Assembly: GCA_963736875.1 (NCBI GenBank) | Contig: CAVTQH010000004.1 | Span: 88,050-152,049, forward strand | Reading direction: 5' to 3' | Length of the DNA: 64,000 bases | From: Candidatus Amesbacteria bacterium | Lineage (GTDB): Bacteria; Patescibacteriota; Microgenomatia; CAZETR01; Amesbacteraceae | Part shown: in pieces, positions 10,609 through 20,937 of the stretch | Layout: every line of letters begins with the position of its first letter | Position numbering within the stretch: position 1 is the first letter of the stretch | Program-made: the position numbers and the translations under genes | The notes under the pieces: generated by a model | Seen by the model: the letters and a program-made list of their open reading frames with translations, nothing else | Told to the model about the DNA's origin: nothing | Databases searched by the model: none

Positions 10609-12624
10609 ATGTTTAAACTTAACGCTTCATATAAACCAACCGGAGACCAGCCGGAGGCCATCAAAAAATTAATTTCCGGTATCAAATCAGGGACGAGACA
10701 TCAGGTGCTTTTGGGTGTCACCGGTTCCGGTAAAACGTTTTCGGTGGCAAATGTTATAGCTTCGGTACAAAAGCCCACTCTGATCATATCCCATAACAAA
10801 ACTTTGGCGGCTCAGCTTTACCAGGAGTTTAAGGAATATTTTCCCGACAATGCAGTCTCATATTTTGTTTCCTATTACGATTACTACCAGCCTGAAGCTT
10901 ATATTCCACAAACTGATACCTATATTGAAAAGGAAACCGATATTAATTCAGAAATTGATAAATTACGTCTCGCGGCTACTACCAATCTCCTTACCCGGAA
11001 AGATGTCATAGTGGTGGCATCCGTCTCCTGTATTTACAACCTGGGTTCTCCAGCGGAATACGGTAAAACCATACTAGAACTGGTTACCGGCTTCAAAGTC
11101 TCCCGTCAGCAAATTATTATGCGTCTAAATGACCTTCAGTATTCCAGAAGCGATTATGATTTTCACCGCGGGACATACCGGATCCGCGGTGAAGTTATCG
11201 ACATTTATCCGGCATATGAAGATACCGCGGTCAGGGTTCATCATGATGGTTTAAAAATCACCGGTTTGGAAAGACTCAATGCCTTGACAGGTGAAAATAT
11301 ATCAGAATATGGCAAACAAAATATCGCCATATATCCGACCAAACATTATATAGCTTCCAAGGATAATCAAAATCAGGTTATTTCTCAAATACACAGTGAC
11401 ATGTTAAACCGTTACGCAGAATTACAATCTCAAAACAAACCCCTTGAAGCACACCGGATTAAACAGCGTGTGGAATACGATATGGAAATGATCAGGGAGT
11501 TGGGGTATGTCAATGGTATCGAAAATTATTCCCGTTATTTCGACGGGCGTTCTCCCGGAGATCCCCCGTATTCTCTTTTGGATTATTTTCCCGAAGATTA
11601 TCTTCTAATAATTGATGAATCTCACATTACCGTTCCCCAGATCAGAGGCATGTATAACGGTGACAGGTCCCGCAAACAAACACTTATTGATTATGGATTC
11701 CGTCTCCCCAGTGCGTTGGATAACCGACCTTTAAAATTTCTTGAATTCGAACGTCGTATGGGACAGACTATTTATACATCGGCAACACCTGATGAATGGG
11801 AGATTTCCCAATCGATCCCCTATATTGTTGAGCAGTTAATCCGTCCTACCGGTCTGGTTGATCCCCAAATCGTGGTCAAACCGACAACCGGTCAAATACC
11901 TGATCTGATAACCGAGATTCAAAGCCGGGTTGGGAAAGGCCAACGGGTGCTGGTCACAACCCTAACAAAAAGAATGGCTGAAGATTTATCTGAATTTCTA
12001 AAAGATAAAGGATTAAAAGTTCATTATTTACATTCGGATATCGATACCTTGGAACGGCTGGATATTCTTTCTGATCTGCGAAGCGGAACATATGATGTGG
12101 TTGTAGGTATAAATCTGCTTCGTGAAGGACTGGATTTACCTGAAGTCTCATTGGTAGCAATTCTGGATGCCGATAAAGAAGGTTTTCTGCGTTCCCGGAC
12201 ATCTCTGGTTCAGACAATGGGCCGTGCGGCCAGGCATGTAGACGGGTCGGTCATTATGTATGCAGACCGCATAACCAACTCCATGGAAAAGGCAATTTCT
12301 GAGGTTAAAAGACGAAGAGAAGTACAAATCAAATATAACCATGACCATCATTTAATCCCGTTGTCTATAACCAAACCCATTCGCGAAAGGATTGTAGAAA
12401 AGACAGTGGACGAGCCGGTAAAACTTGACCCCAAACAAATTTTTTCCGGCCATGCTCTGGATGCCTCTGCGGTAGACTCCGATCTTGTTTCTCAGTTAAC
12501 TCCTCAAGATTTATCCAAACTCATTGGTTTGATCACCCGGCAAATGAATGCTGCTTCCAAACAGCTTGATTTCGAGCTGGCAGCCAAACTCCGTGATAAG
12601 ATAATTGAAATCAAAAATATCTGA
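10609..12624 (+). CDS. uvrB: Excinuclease ABC subunit B
   Basis: Walker A GVTGSGKT, helicase motifs, C-terminal UVR domain. 671 aa. Confidence 0.95.
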   Translation: MFKLNASYKPTGDQPEAIKKLISGIKSGTRHQVLLGVTGSGKTFSVANVIASVQKPTLIISHNKTLAAQLYQEFKEYFPDNAVSYFVSYYDYYQPEAYIPQTDTYIEKETDINSEIDKLRLAATTNLLTRKDVIVVASVSCIYNLGSPAEYGKTILELVTGFKVSRQQIIMRLNDLQYSRSDYDFHRGTYRIRGEVIDIYPAYEDTAVRVHHDGLKITGLERLNALTGENISEYGKQNIAIYPTKHYIASKDNQNQVISQIHSDMLNRYAELQSQNKPLEAHRIKQRVEYDMEMIRELGYVNGIENYSRYFDGRSPGDPPYSLLDYFPEDYLLIIDESHITVPQIRGMYNGDRSRKQTLIDYGFRLPSALDNRPLKFLEFERRMGQTIYTSATPDEWEISQSIPYIVEQLIRPTGLVDPQIVVKPTTGQIPDLITEIQSRVGKGQRVLVTTLTKRMAEDLSEFLKDKGLKVHYLHSDIDTLERLDILSDLRSGTYDVVVGINLLREGLDLPEVSLVAILDADKEGFLRSRTSLVQTMGRAARHVDGSVIMYADRITNSMEKAISEVKRRREVQIKYNHDHHLIPLSITKPIRERIVEKTVDEPVKLDPKQIFSGHALDASAVDSDLVSQLTPQDLSKLIGLITRQMNAASKQLDFELAAKLRDKIIEIKNI

Positions 12625-12860
12625 TGGAATAAACTTTTGATGTCTGTAATAATTGAAAGCGAAATCATATTTTCAAAGAAAAATCACAAAAATAATTCTC
12701 AGCCATATCAACGCGCTGAAATACCCAAAAAGATAGTCCCCCCTCCTCCTCACTGTAATAATAATTGCCTCAAAAAACACATACCATCAGACGGAAAGCG
12801 AAGAATAAAATAAGGCCTTATCGGGTCTTGAATAAAACCCGAAACTTCTGGTACAATGGT

Positions 12861-15731
12861 ATGTTTATGAATGACGAAATTGTAGTCCACGGAGCCCGCG
12901 AACATAACTTAAAAAATATTGATGTAACCATTCCCAAAAACAAACTGGTGGTTTTTACCGGCCTCTCGGGTTCGGGTAAAAGTTCTCTGGCTTTCGATAC
13001 TATATATGCTGAAGGACGCCGACGTTACGTGGAATCCTTAAGTTCTTATGCCCGTCAATTTCTTGGGGTGCTTGATAAGCCGGACGTGGATCAGATTGAC
13101 GGTCTTTCTCCGGCCATCTCCATTGATCAAAAATCCGCTTCACATAATCCGCGCTCGACGGTAGGAACAGTCACGGAAATTTACGATTATCTGCGTTTGC
13201 TCTTTGCACGCATCGGCCATCCGCATTGTCAGATTTGTGGTCGTGAAATTTCCCGGTTATCCGTTGAGCAAATTGTAAATTTTATAATTCTCACTCTTGA
13301 AAATTCTATTAAAACCAACAAATCCAAAAATGTCCGTTTTCTGATTCTGTCTCCTGTAATCAGAGACAGAAAGGGTGAATTTATCGATCTTTTCTCTTCT
13401 TTAAGGCAAAAAGGTTACACCCAGGTCAGGGCTGACGGCAAAATAATCGGTCTGGACGAGGACATTTCATTACTTAAAAATAATAAGCATTCGATAGATG
13501 TTGTCATTGACAGAATAATCGTCGATAAAAAATATTTGAATTTTTCTCTTTCTGATTTACGAACCAGATTGTTTGAAGCCGTCGAAAGTGGAATTAAACT
13601 ATCGGACGGATTATGTATCTTTTCCGAAATAAAAGATATAGTATTCGACTTACCCCGGATCCCCAAAATTCTGGAGGACCATTTGTTTTCCGAACGTTTT
13701 TCCTGTCCGATAGATAATCTTTCTCTGCCTGAGATTGAACCGAGGATGTTTTCTTTTAACTCTCCGCACGGAGCTTGCCCCACCTGTACAGGTTTGGGAA
13801 CCCTTCTAAAAATTGATGAGCAGCGGATACTCAGTCCGAATTTAACGATTTCCGAGGGAGGGGTATTGCCTTATGCAAACACTTTTGCCTACGACTCCTG
13901 GTTTGCTCAAAAAGTATCACAATTTATATCTATCCGCATCCCTATTAAAGACTTAACCGACGATCAGCTCCAGATTTTATTATACGGTACTGCAGACGGA
14001 TTTGAAGGTTTGATTCCGAATTTGGACAGAAGATACAAACAGACCGAATCCGATTTTGTCCGGGCGGAAATCGAAAAATATATGCGTAAGGAAATTTGCC
14101 CCACCTGCCGGGGGAAGCGTTTGAAACCGGAAGCCTTAAATGTAACATTGGAAGATAAATCCATTATCGAATTTACCCAGATTCCGATAAGTGAACTGTT
14201 CTCCTTATTAAATAATTTATCTAATTTAAATAACCGGGAAAAATCTATTTCCACCCCTATCCTCAAGGAAATACTGTCCCGTTTGGGTTTTTTGAAATCC
14301 GTGGGCCTGGATTACCTTACTCTGGATCGCGGAGCAAATACTCTTGCCGGCGGGGAAGCCCAGCGTATTCGTCTGGCCAGTCAGATAGGCAGTGGTTTAT
14401 CGGGAGTTCTTTATGTTTTAGACGAACCCTCTATCGGTCTTCATCAGAGAGATAACGGGAGGTTGATTACTACCCTTAAAAGATTGCGTGATCTGGGAAA
14501 TTCAGTCATTGTAGTTGAACACGATCGGGAAATGATGGAAGAATCCGATTGGATCATTGATTTCGGTCCCGGAGCGGGTGAACACGGAGGAGAAATAATT
14601 TCCAGCGGCACACCCGGTCAGATTAAAAAAGACCCCAAATCTTTAACCGGAAAATATCTATCCGGTCAAAAACAAATTCAAATTTCATCTTCAGAAAACC
14701 TTTTTCCGGATCATAATAAAAAACTTGTTCTTACCGGAGCCGGTGAACATAATCTGAAAAATATTAAGGTTGAATTTCCTCTGGGAAAACTGATAGTAAT
14801 TGCCGGAGTTTCAGGATCAGGCAAGTCAACCTTATTAATCGATATTATTTATCAGGCTTTGGAAAGTATTTTGAACACTGAGTATAAGGAAAAACCCGGA
14901 AAATATTCCGATTTATATATAACCGGCCCTGATCAGGAGAAAAATCCTTATATTCCTGACACTATTAATCGCGTAATCCTGGTTGATCAGTCTCCCATCG
15001 GCAGGACTCCACGCTCGAATCCTGCTACTTATACCGGCCTATTTACATATATTCGTGACATATTTTCACTCACTCCCGAATCCCGTGTACGCGGATATTT
15101 ACCAGGACGATTTTCTTTCAATGTCCGCGGAGGCAGATGTGAGAATTGTCAGGGAGAAGGTCAAATAAAAATTGAGATGCAATTCTTACCTGATGTTTAT
15201 GTCACATGCGAAGTCTGTAAAGGATCCAGATATAATTCTGAAACACTTGAGGTTCATTATAAGGGAAAAAATATCAGTGAGGTTCTGAATTTCACGGTAG
15301 AAGAAGCTTTGGAATTTTTTAAAGTCGTTCCTGCAGCTTTGGATAAACTATCTACGTTAAAGGATGTAGGGCTGAACTATATCCGCCTGGGTCAGCCTGC
15401 TCCGTCTTTGTCAGGGGGGGAAGCCCAAAGAGTTAAACTGGCGACGGAGCTTTCAAAAAGATCTACCGGAAAGTCTTTCTATATCCTGGACGAACCCACA
15501 ACCGGCTTGCATTTTGCTGATCTGGAAAAATTGCTAAATGTCTTAAAACGTCTGGTAAAAAGCGGTAATACGGTAGTGGTCATAGAACATAACCTTGATG
15601 TTATAAAAAATGCAGATTGGGTAATTGAGTTAGGCCCCGAAGGCGGAGATAGGGGAGGGCGGATTATCGCTTCGGCTACCCCAAAGAATCTGGCAAAAAT
15701 TTCCAGTTCCCCCACAGGGTCGTTTCTCTAG
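12861..15731 (+). CDS. uvrA: Excinuclease ABC subunit A
   Basis: Two ABC ATPase modules (GLSGSGKSSLAFDT; GVSGSGKSTL) and zinc-finger Cys clusters. The ORF-table start at 12765 is probably 5' extended; the MFMNDEIVVHG start at 12861 fits UvrA. Confidence 0.95.
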   Translation: MFMNDEIVVHGAREHNLKNIDVTIPKNKLVVFTGLSGSGKSSLAFDTIYAEGRRRYVESLSSYARQFLGVLDKPDVDQIDGLSPAISIDQKSASHNPRSTVGTVTEIYDYLRLLFARIGHPHCQICGREISRLSVEQIVNFIILTLENSIKTNKSKNVRFLILSPVIRDRKGEFIDLFSSLRQKGYTQVRADGKIIGLDEDISLLKNNKHSIDVVIDRIIVDKKYLNFSLSDLRTRLFEAVESGIKLSDGLCIFSEIKDIVFDLPRIPKILEDHLFSERFSCPIDNLSLPEIEPRMFSFNSPHGACPTCTGLGTLLKIDEQRILSPNLTISEGGVLPYANTFAYDSWFAQKVSQFISIRIPIKDLTDDQLQILLYGTADGFEGLIPNLDRRYKQTESDFVRAEIEKYMRKEICPTCRGKRLKPEALNVTLEDKSIIEFTQIPISELFSLLNNLSNLNNREKSISTPILKEILSRLGFLKSVGLDYLTLDRGANTLAGGEAQRIRLASQIGSGLSGVLYVLDEPSIGLHQRDNGRLITTLKRLRDLGNSVIVVEHDREMMEESDWIIDFGPGAGEHGGEIISSGTPGQIKKDPKSLTGKYLSGQKQIQISSSENLFPDHNKKLVLTGAGEHNLKNIKVEFPLGKLIVIAGVSGSGKSTLLIDIIYQALESILNTEYKEKPGKYSDLYITGPDQEKNPYIPDTINRVILVDQSPIGRTPRSNPATYTGLFTYIRDIFSLTPESRVRGYLPGRFSFNVRGGRCENCQGEGQIKIEMQFLPDVYVTCEVCKGSRYNSETLEVHYKGKNISEVLNFTVEEALEFFKVVPAALDKLSTLKDVGLNYIRLGQPAPSLSGGEAQRVKLATELSKRSTGKSFYILDEPTTGLHFADLEKLLNVLKRLVKSGNTVVVIEHNLDVIKNADWVIELGPEGGDRGGRIIASATPKNLAKISSSPTGSFL

Positions 15732-15745
15732 GGTAGAATAACCTG

Positions 15746-17071
15746 ATGCGCTATATTCTGCTTTTACTTCCGCTGATTACTATTTCCCTTTTTTCCCCTT
15801 TTTCAGTCGCGGCAAACAAAAATTTCAGTACTCAAGTCCTGGTTACCTACACTTATGACTCTGAGGGAATATGCCTGGTGGAAAAACAATTTACCGTCAC
15901 AAATCTGACATCTGATCAGATGATTTCCAGTTATGAATTATATTTTTTTGGACCGCTTCCCCCCGATCTTCGGGGATTCGACAGCCGCGGTAAACTAAAT
16001 TTTCAGACGGAGCCTTCCGGTCAGGGAACCAGAGTACGCATCATTTTCAATACCGTAGCCGCCGGAAAAAATGAGAAATTATCGTTCAATATATTTTACA
16101 GCGGTACTTCAGCTTCCCAAATCGGAAATCGATGGGAAATGAGTTTACCGAAAACGGACACACTTGAACAGATTGATCAGTCAATATTAAAACTTATTGT
16201 TCCTGATTCATTCGGAAACCTGGTATATTCTTCTTATTCTCCTGATTCGACAAATACCGACGGATCTTCAAGTACTTTCACCTTTTTGAATTTTTTATCA
16301 AACAATGAGGACATCCATTCAATATTCTCCCGTGATAATATTTGGGGATTCCGCATATTCTATGATTTATTACGTTACGAGGTGATAAACCTTCCCTCTG
16401 ACACTTTAAGTCAAAAAGTAATATTCAAATCAATATCTCCCCAACCCGAAAACATTTTCTTAAACGGTACAGGTCAATGGCAGGCTTCATTTATGCCTAC
16501 TCTTAAATATCCGGTAAAAATCATATTAACCGGTCAGTTTCAATTCGCTTCATCGAGTCCTGAATTTAATTATTTTTCAGCAGGTGTCAATCCTTCATCC
16601 CGCGATTATTTTCCGGAACCATTTATCCTTCCGAAAACCAATTTAAGCCTTACTGTAAAAATTCCCTGGCAAATACTGCCAATATATCCCCAAAATATCG
16701 TATTGAAAATCAACAATAACGGTAATGCCGCCGCTTATAAAATTCCTCTGGCGGTATCCTCACATGGTTTTAATTACCTTATTGATACCGACGAAATTAA
16801 TGTTATCCCTCCTGGGGGATACATCAGTATTCCTTTGTCATCTGAATTTCCTCTCAGTTCCATATTTTCGAAGAAATATCTGGTGATAAACGCAGGCGAA
16901 CTGGTTATGACTTATAATATTCCTGCTAATCATTTACTGGTTTTATATGGAACACCTACAATTATCTTCACAGTCTCATTCATCTCTTTTGCCTTCCTTG
17001 CCCACTACGCCTGGAGTATATATCTTCAAAAATCTTCAGGCAAAAGTAATATACATCGGAAAAGCAAATAA
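15746..17071 (+). CDS. Hypothetical secreted protein with signal peptide and C-terminal TM anchor
   Basis: N-terminal MRYILLLLPLITISLFSPFSVAA signal, C-terminal hydrophobic segment. It sits between uvrA and uvrC. Confidence 0.4.
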   Translation: MRYILLLLPLITISLFSPFSVAANKNFSTQVLVTYTYDSEGICLVEKQFTVTNLTSDQMISSYELYFFGPLPPDLRGFDSRGKLNFQTEPSGQGTRVRIIFNTVAAGKNEKLSFNIFYSGTSASQIGNRWEMSLPKTDTLEQIDQSILKLIVPDSFGNLVYSSYSPDSTNTDGSSSTFTFLNFLSNNEDIHSIFSRDNIWGFRIFYDLLRYEVINLPSDTLSQKVIFKSISPQPENIFLNGTGQWQASFMPTLKYPVKIILTGQFQFASSSPEFNYFSAGVNPSSRDYFPEPFILPKTNLSLTVKIPWQILPIYPQNIVLKINNNGNAAAYKIPLAVSSHGFNYLIDTDEINVIPPGGYISIPLSSEFPLSSIFSKKYLVINAGELVMTYNIPANHLLVLYGTPTIIFTVSFISFAFLAHYAWSIYLQKSSGKSNIHRKSK

Positions 17072-18242
17072 CCTCAGGAAACGTATCTCCTCATATTTCA
17101 GGCCTCCGGTAAAACTTGGTCCCAAAACAGAAAAATTAGTGAAAAATATTTCTACCGTTGAATATATTAGTGTAAATTCGGAAATCGAAGCATTGCTTCT
17201 TGAAAGTAGATTAATTAAAAAATTTAAACCTTTTTACAATTTTTTATCAAAGGATGATAAATCACCTTTTTACATCCACATTACCGATGAATTATTTCCC
17301 AAACCTCTGATTAATCATAATCCTCAAAATTCTTTTTCAGGCCCATTTATAAACAGTCTTACTCCGCAAAGAATATTAAAAAGTTTCAGACCTGTTACAC
17401 CGTATTGCGGTTCAACCCGACCGGTTAAAAAACCTTGTTTTTATTCTCATATCGGTTTATGCCGCCCATGTCCAGGATCAGGCGAGTCTGAAGAAATAAT
17501 TCATACCTACCGGGAAAATATATTCCGTCTGAAAAAATTATTAAAAGGAAATTTCTTCGGAGTTACATCCGGTCTTAAGAAAGATATGGTATCAGCCACA
17601 AAAAAGCAGGATTTTGAAAATGCTGCAAAAATTCGTGACCAGTTGACTGCTTTGTCATATATTCTTAAATCTCCCGTCAGGCCGGAAGAATATTTAATTA
17701 ATCCGAATTTAATTGACGACCGGAACCGTGAAGCAGTTACTGAACTTCAAACTATATTAGAACCGTATTTTCCGGCACTCGGAAACCTTTCCCGCATAGA
17801 AGCGTATGATGTATCGCATTTATCCGGCACGTTCGCCACAGCTGCAATGGTGGTTGCCGAGAACGGTTACCTGAAACCGGATGAGTATAGGCATTTTAAT
17901 ATTAAGTATTCTCAATCTGATTCAGATACTGCCATGATGTCCGAAGTAATAATCCGCCGTTTTAACCGCATAGATTGGCACAAACCGGATTTGCTGCTTC
18001 TTGACGGGGGAATACCCCAACTGTCATCGATAACGTCATTAACTTCCGTTCAGATTCCTCCGGTAATTTCATTGTCTAAAAAAATTGAATCTATTAATAT
18101 TCCGACAAAAGCAGGTTTTAAAGAAATTCAATTACCTAAAGATAATCCTGCATTAAAACTATTAATGAATTTGCGTGATGAAGCCCACCGGTTTTGCCGG
18201 CGTCTGCACCATCATGGCCGTGCTAAAATAATCCTGACATGA
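16947..18242 (+). CDS. uvrC: Excinuclease ABC subunit C, short form (GIY-YIG + UVR + central domain; no C-terminal RNaseH-like/HhH region)
   Basis: GIY-YIG block PGVYIFKN...VIYIGKANNLRKRISSYF, UVR domain (ENAAKIRDQLTAL), RDEAHRF motif. Only 431 aa. The start is uncertain because it overlaps the previous ORF by ~125 nt. Confidence 0.75.
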   Translation: MEHLQLSSQSHSSLLPSLPTTPGVYIFKNLQAKVIYIGKANNLRKRISSYFRPPVKLGPKTEKLVKNISTVEYISVNSEIEALLLESRLIKKFKPFYNFLSKDDKSPFYIHITDELFPKPLINHNPQNSFSGPFINSLTPQRILKSFRPVTPYCGSTRPVKKPCFYSHIGLCRPCPGSGESEEIIHTYRENIFRLKKLLKGNFFGVTSGLKKDMVSATKKQDFENAAKIRDQLTALSYILKSPVRPEEYLINPNLIDDRNREAVTELQTILEPYFPALGNLSRIEAYDVSHLSGTFATAAMVVAENGYLKPDEYRHFNIKYSQSDSDTAMMSEVIIRRFNRIDWHKPDLLLLDGGIPQLSSITSLTSVQIPPVISLSKKIESINIPTKAGFKEIQLPKDNPALKLLMNLRDEAHRFCRRLHHHGRAKIILT

Positions 18243-18649
18243 TACGGCTCATACTTCGTTCCTTAGCCATAAATATTGCCAGTGTATATATCACATTCCA
18301 AATACTTTCAGGCATTATTAGCTATGTTGGCGGTGTTCAGACATTAGTCCTGGCTGCTGTATTGATAGCTGTGTCAAATTTACTGGTAAAACCGTTAATC
18401 AATCTTTTTTTGTTACCTATTCATCTTTTAACATTGGGTATTTCCCGCTGGGTGGCAAACCTGATAACTTTATACCTGGTAACTCTATTGATTCCTTCTC
18501 TTTCCATCCACAGTTTTACTTCTCAGAAGTTAGATTTGATATATTTGATTATTCCGTCTATTCACTTTTCAGCTTTCGGAGCTTTTATTGTAGCAACACT
18601 GACATTAACCGCCGTATTTCATTTTCTTTATTGGCTCCTTCAGGACTAA
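18239..18649 (+). CDS. Hypothetical small polytopic membrane protein
   Basis: Hydrophobic 136-aa ORF. Confidence 0.35.
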   Translation: MIRLILRSLAINIASVYITFQILSGIISYVGGVQTLVLAAVLIAVSNLLVKPLINLFLLPIHLLTLGISRWVANLITLYLVTLLIPSLSIHSFTSQKLDLIYLIIPSIHFSAFGAFIVATLTLTAVFHFLYWLLQD

Positions 18650-18678
18650 TATCCGGCATTTAAGGTATAATACACTGG

Positions 18679-18891
18679 ATGAAAAACATCCTGATTATTG
18701 TCCAGATAATTGTAGCTTTAGCTGTTTCCTCTCTGATTTTATTACAGGCCAAAGGTACGGGTTTGGGAAGAGCTTTTGGCCAGTCCACATACCACTCCAA
18801 AAGGGGAGTTGAGTTCATTGTATTTCGTCTTACAATTGCTCTGGCAACAATTTTTGTTTTGGTATCATTAATCAGTCAGATATTGATCTGA
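18679..18891 (+). CDS. secG: Preprotein translocase subunit SecG
   Basis: 70 aa, two TM helices, LLQ-KGTGLG-FG motif typical of SecG. Confidence 0.6.
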   Translation: MKNILIIVQIIVALAVSSLILLQAKGTGLGRAFGQSTYHSKRGVEFIVFRLTIALATIFVLVSLISQILI

Positions 18892-18903
18892 TACCCGTTC
18901 TTC

Positions 18904-20268
18904 ATGTACAAAAAATTCAGATTCTACCTGCGCTTTCTTTCCGCATTTACCTCAAAATATTTATGGTTAATACTTTTCGGTATGTTTTTAGCCGGTTTAA
19001 GTTCATGGCTTGTTTCAAAAAGCTATACTCTAATTCCCCAGCTGAAAACCACTCGTCATATAGGCTTGATTGGACGTTTTACCGTCACCGATCTTCCTTC
19101 TTCGATAATGCAGAAAATCAGTTTGGGTCTGACCACGGTTGACTCTTTCGGTAACGTATCCCCGGGTTTGGCATCATCCTGGGAAGTATCTTCAGATGGA
19201 AAAACATTCATTTTTAGACTGAATGATCAACTCAGGTGGCAAAATGGTGAAATCATTAAAAGCCCGGACATTCAATATCAATTCCGGGATGCAAAGATCG
19301 AATACCCGGATGATCAGACAATTTCCATTAAACTTCAGGAACCTTTTGCTCCTCTTCCGGTACTTCTTTCCCGTCCGGTTTTGAAGATCAAGTCTTCACG
19401 TTTTCTTTCACAGACTAAATTTATCGGTGCGGGAAGTTACGTTCTGTCAAAATTTTATTCTAACGGGTCAACCTTGGAAAGTCTGACTTTAATTCCCGCT
19501 CAATTGAATTCCCAGCTTCCAATTCTTAAATATTACTTTTATCCTTCACCCCAGGCTTCAAGAACTGCGTTTAAATTGGGTTTATTAAACGAAATCGAAG
19601 ATTTACCTGATGTAGGGGATTTGGAAAATTGGCCTAATACCGAAATTTCCGCTCAACCTATATTTAGCCGTTATGTAGGCCTATTTTTTAATACCCAGGA
19701 TAGCCAATTCAGTGGCCAGTCCGGAAAAACATTACGTACGGCACTGTCTTATGCCATAGATAAATTAGTATGGGAAAACCGGGCATTTGGTCCGATAAAT
19801 ATAAATTCCTGGGCTTTTTTCCCCGATGTCAAAAAATATGAATTCGACCTTAAAAAAGCCGGGGATTTACTGAAAAAAGCTGAAAATATACCTGTTATTT
19901 TAAAAATTTCTACTGTTCCTGCATATGTTAATGTAGCCGAACAGATAAAAAAGGACTGGGAAAAGCTGAATATTAATACCGAGATTTCGGTTTCCCCTGA
20001 CATTCCATCGGATTTCCAGATTCTATTAGTTGCCCAATCAATTCCCGTTGACCCCGATCAGTACAGTCTGTGGCATTCGACGCAGGAATCAACTAATTTC
20101 ACCCGCCTCAATAATCCCCGGATTGATAAATTACTTGAAGACGGACGCAAAACCTATGATATTAATGCCCGCAAAAAAATCTACCAGGATTTTCAAAAAT
20201 ATTTGGTTGAAGAAGCTCCGGCTGTTTTTCTATTTTATCCCCATTCTTATACTATAATACGTAAATGA
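18904..20268 (+). CDS. ABC-type substrate-binding protein, family 5 (oligopeptide/nickel type), membrane-anchored
   Basis: N-terminal TM, then a SBP_bac_5-like block LTTVDSFGNVSPGLASSWEVSSDGKTFIFRL. Confidence 0.5.
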   Translation: MYKKFRFYLRFLSAFTSKYLWLILFGMFLAGLSSWLVSKSYTLIPQLKTTRHIGLIGRFTVTDLPSSIMQKISLGLTTVDSFGNVSPGLASSWEVSSDGKTFIFRLNDQLRWQNGEIIKSPDIQYQFRDAKIEYPDDQTISIKLQEPFAPLPVLLSRPVLKIKSSRFLSQTKFIGAGSYVLSKFYSNGSTLESLTLIPAQLNSQLPILKYYFYPSPQASRTAFKLGLLNEIEDLPDVGDLENWPNTEISAQPIFSRYVGLFFNTQDSQFSGQSGKTLRTALSYAIDKLVWENRAFGPININSWAFFPDVKKYEFDLKKAGDLLKKAENIPVILKISTVPAYVNVAEQIKKDWEKLNINTEISVSPDIPSDFQILLVAQSIPVDPDQYSLWHSTQESTNFTRLNNPRIDKLLEDGRKTYDINARKKIYQDFQKYLVEEAPAVFLFYPHSYTIIRK

Positions 20269-20933
20269 ATTTAACCCTTCCGGTAGTCACCACGGCTGCG
20301 CTTCTGGACAGCATTAATCCCTGTGCTGTCTCTGTTTTATTTTTAACCATCGGCTTTCTGATCAGTCTGAATTCTACCCGAAAGAAAATACTATCCATTA
20401 CCGGTCTTTATATTCTGGGCATTTATCTTGTTTACATCATTATTGGTTTGGGTATTCTTAAAACTCTGACATTTTTCGGAGTTCCTCATTTTTTGACCAA
20501 ATTCGGGGCTTTAATACTAATAATATTCGGAGTATTAAACCTTCTGGAATCCTTAATCCCGGATTTTCCTCTTAAACTGGGAATTCCCAAATATATTAAA
20601 CCCCAGATCGCCCGGCATATGTACCAAGCTACCTCTGTCTCTGCCTTTCTGATGGGTATTTTGGTAGGTCTATTTGAATTTCCCTGTACCGGAGGTCCCT
20701 ACTTATTAATTCTCAGTCTTCTTCACGATAAATCGTCCTGGTCGACCGGTTTTTTATATCTGATTTATTACAATTTGATATTTGTTTCTCCTCTTATTGC
20801 AGTTATCCTGATTACTACCAATCCACGGTTAACCTCAAAACTAGCCGTATGGCGCCATGATCATTCGCGCCAGGTTTCAATATTTTCATCTCTGGCTACG
20901 ATTTTTCTCGGTTTTGTGATATTCTTGCTCTAA
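20265..20933 (+). CDS. ccdA: Cytochrome c biogenesis CcdA/DsbD-family thiol-disulfide transporter
   Basis: Two conserved Cys motifs in TM segments (LDSINPCAVSVL; FEFPCTGGPYLL). Confidence 0.75.
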   Translation: MNLTLPVVTTAALLDSINPCAVSVLFLTIGFLISLNSTRKKILSITGLYILGIYLVYIIIGLGILKTLTFFGVPHFLTKFGALILIIFGVLNLLESLIPDFPLKLGIPKYIKPQIARHMYQATSVSAFLMGILVGLFEFPCTGGPYLLILSLLHDKSSWSTGFLYLIYYNLIFVSPLIAVILITTNPRLTSKLAVWRHDHSRQVSIFSSLATIFLGFVIFLL

Positions 20934-20937
20934 ATTT

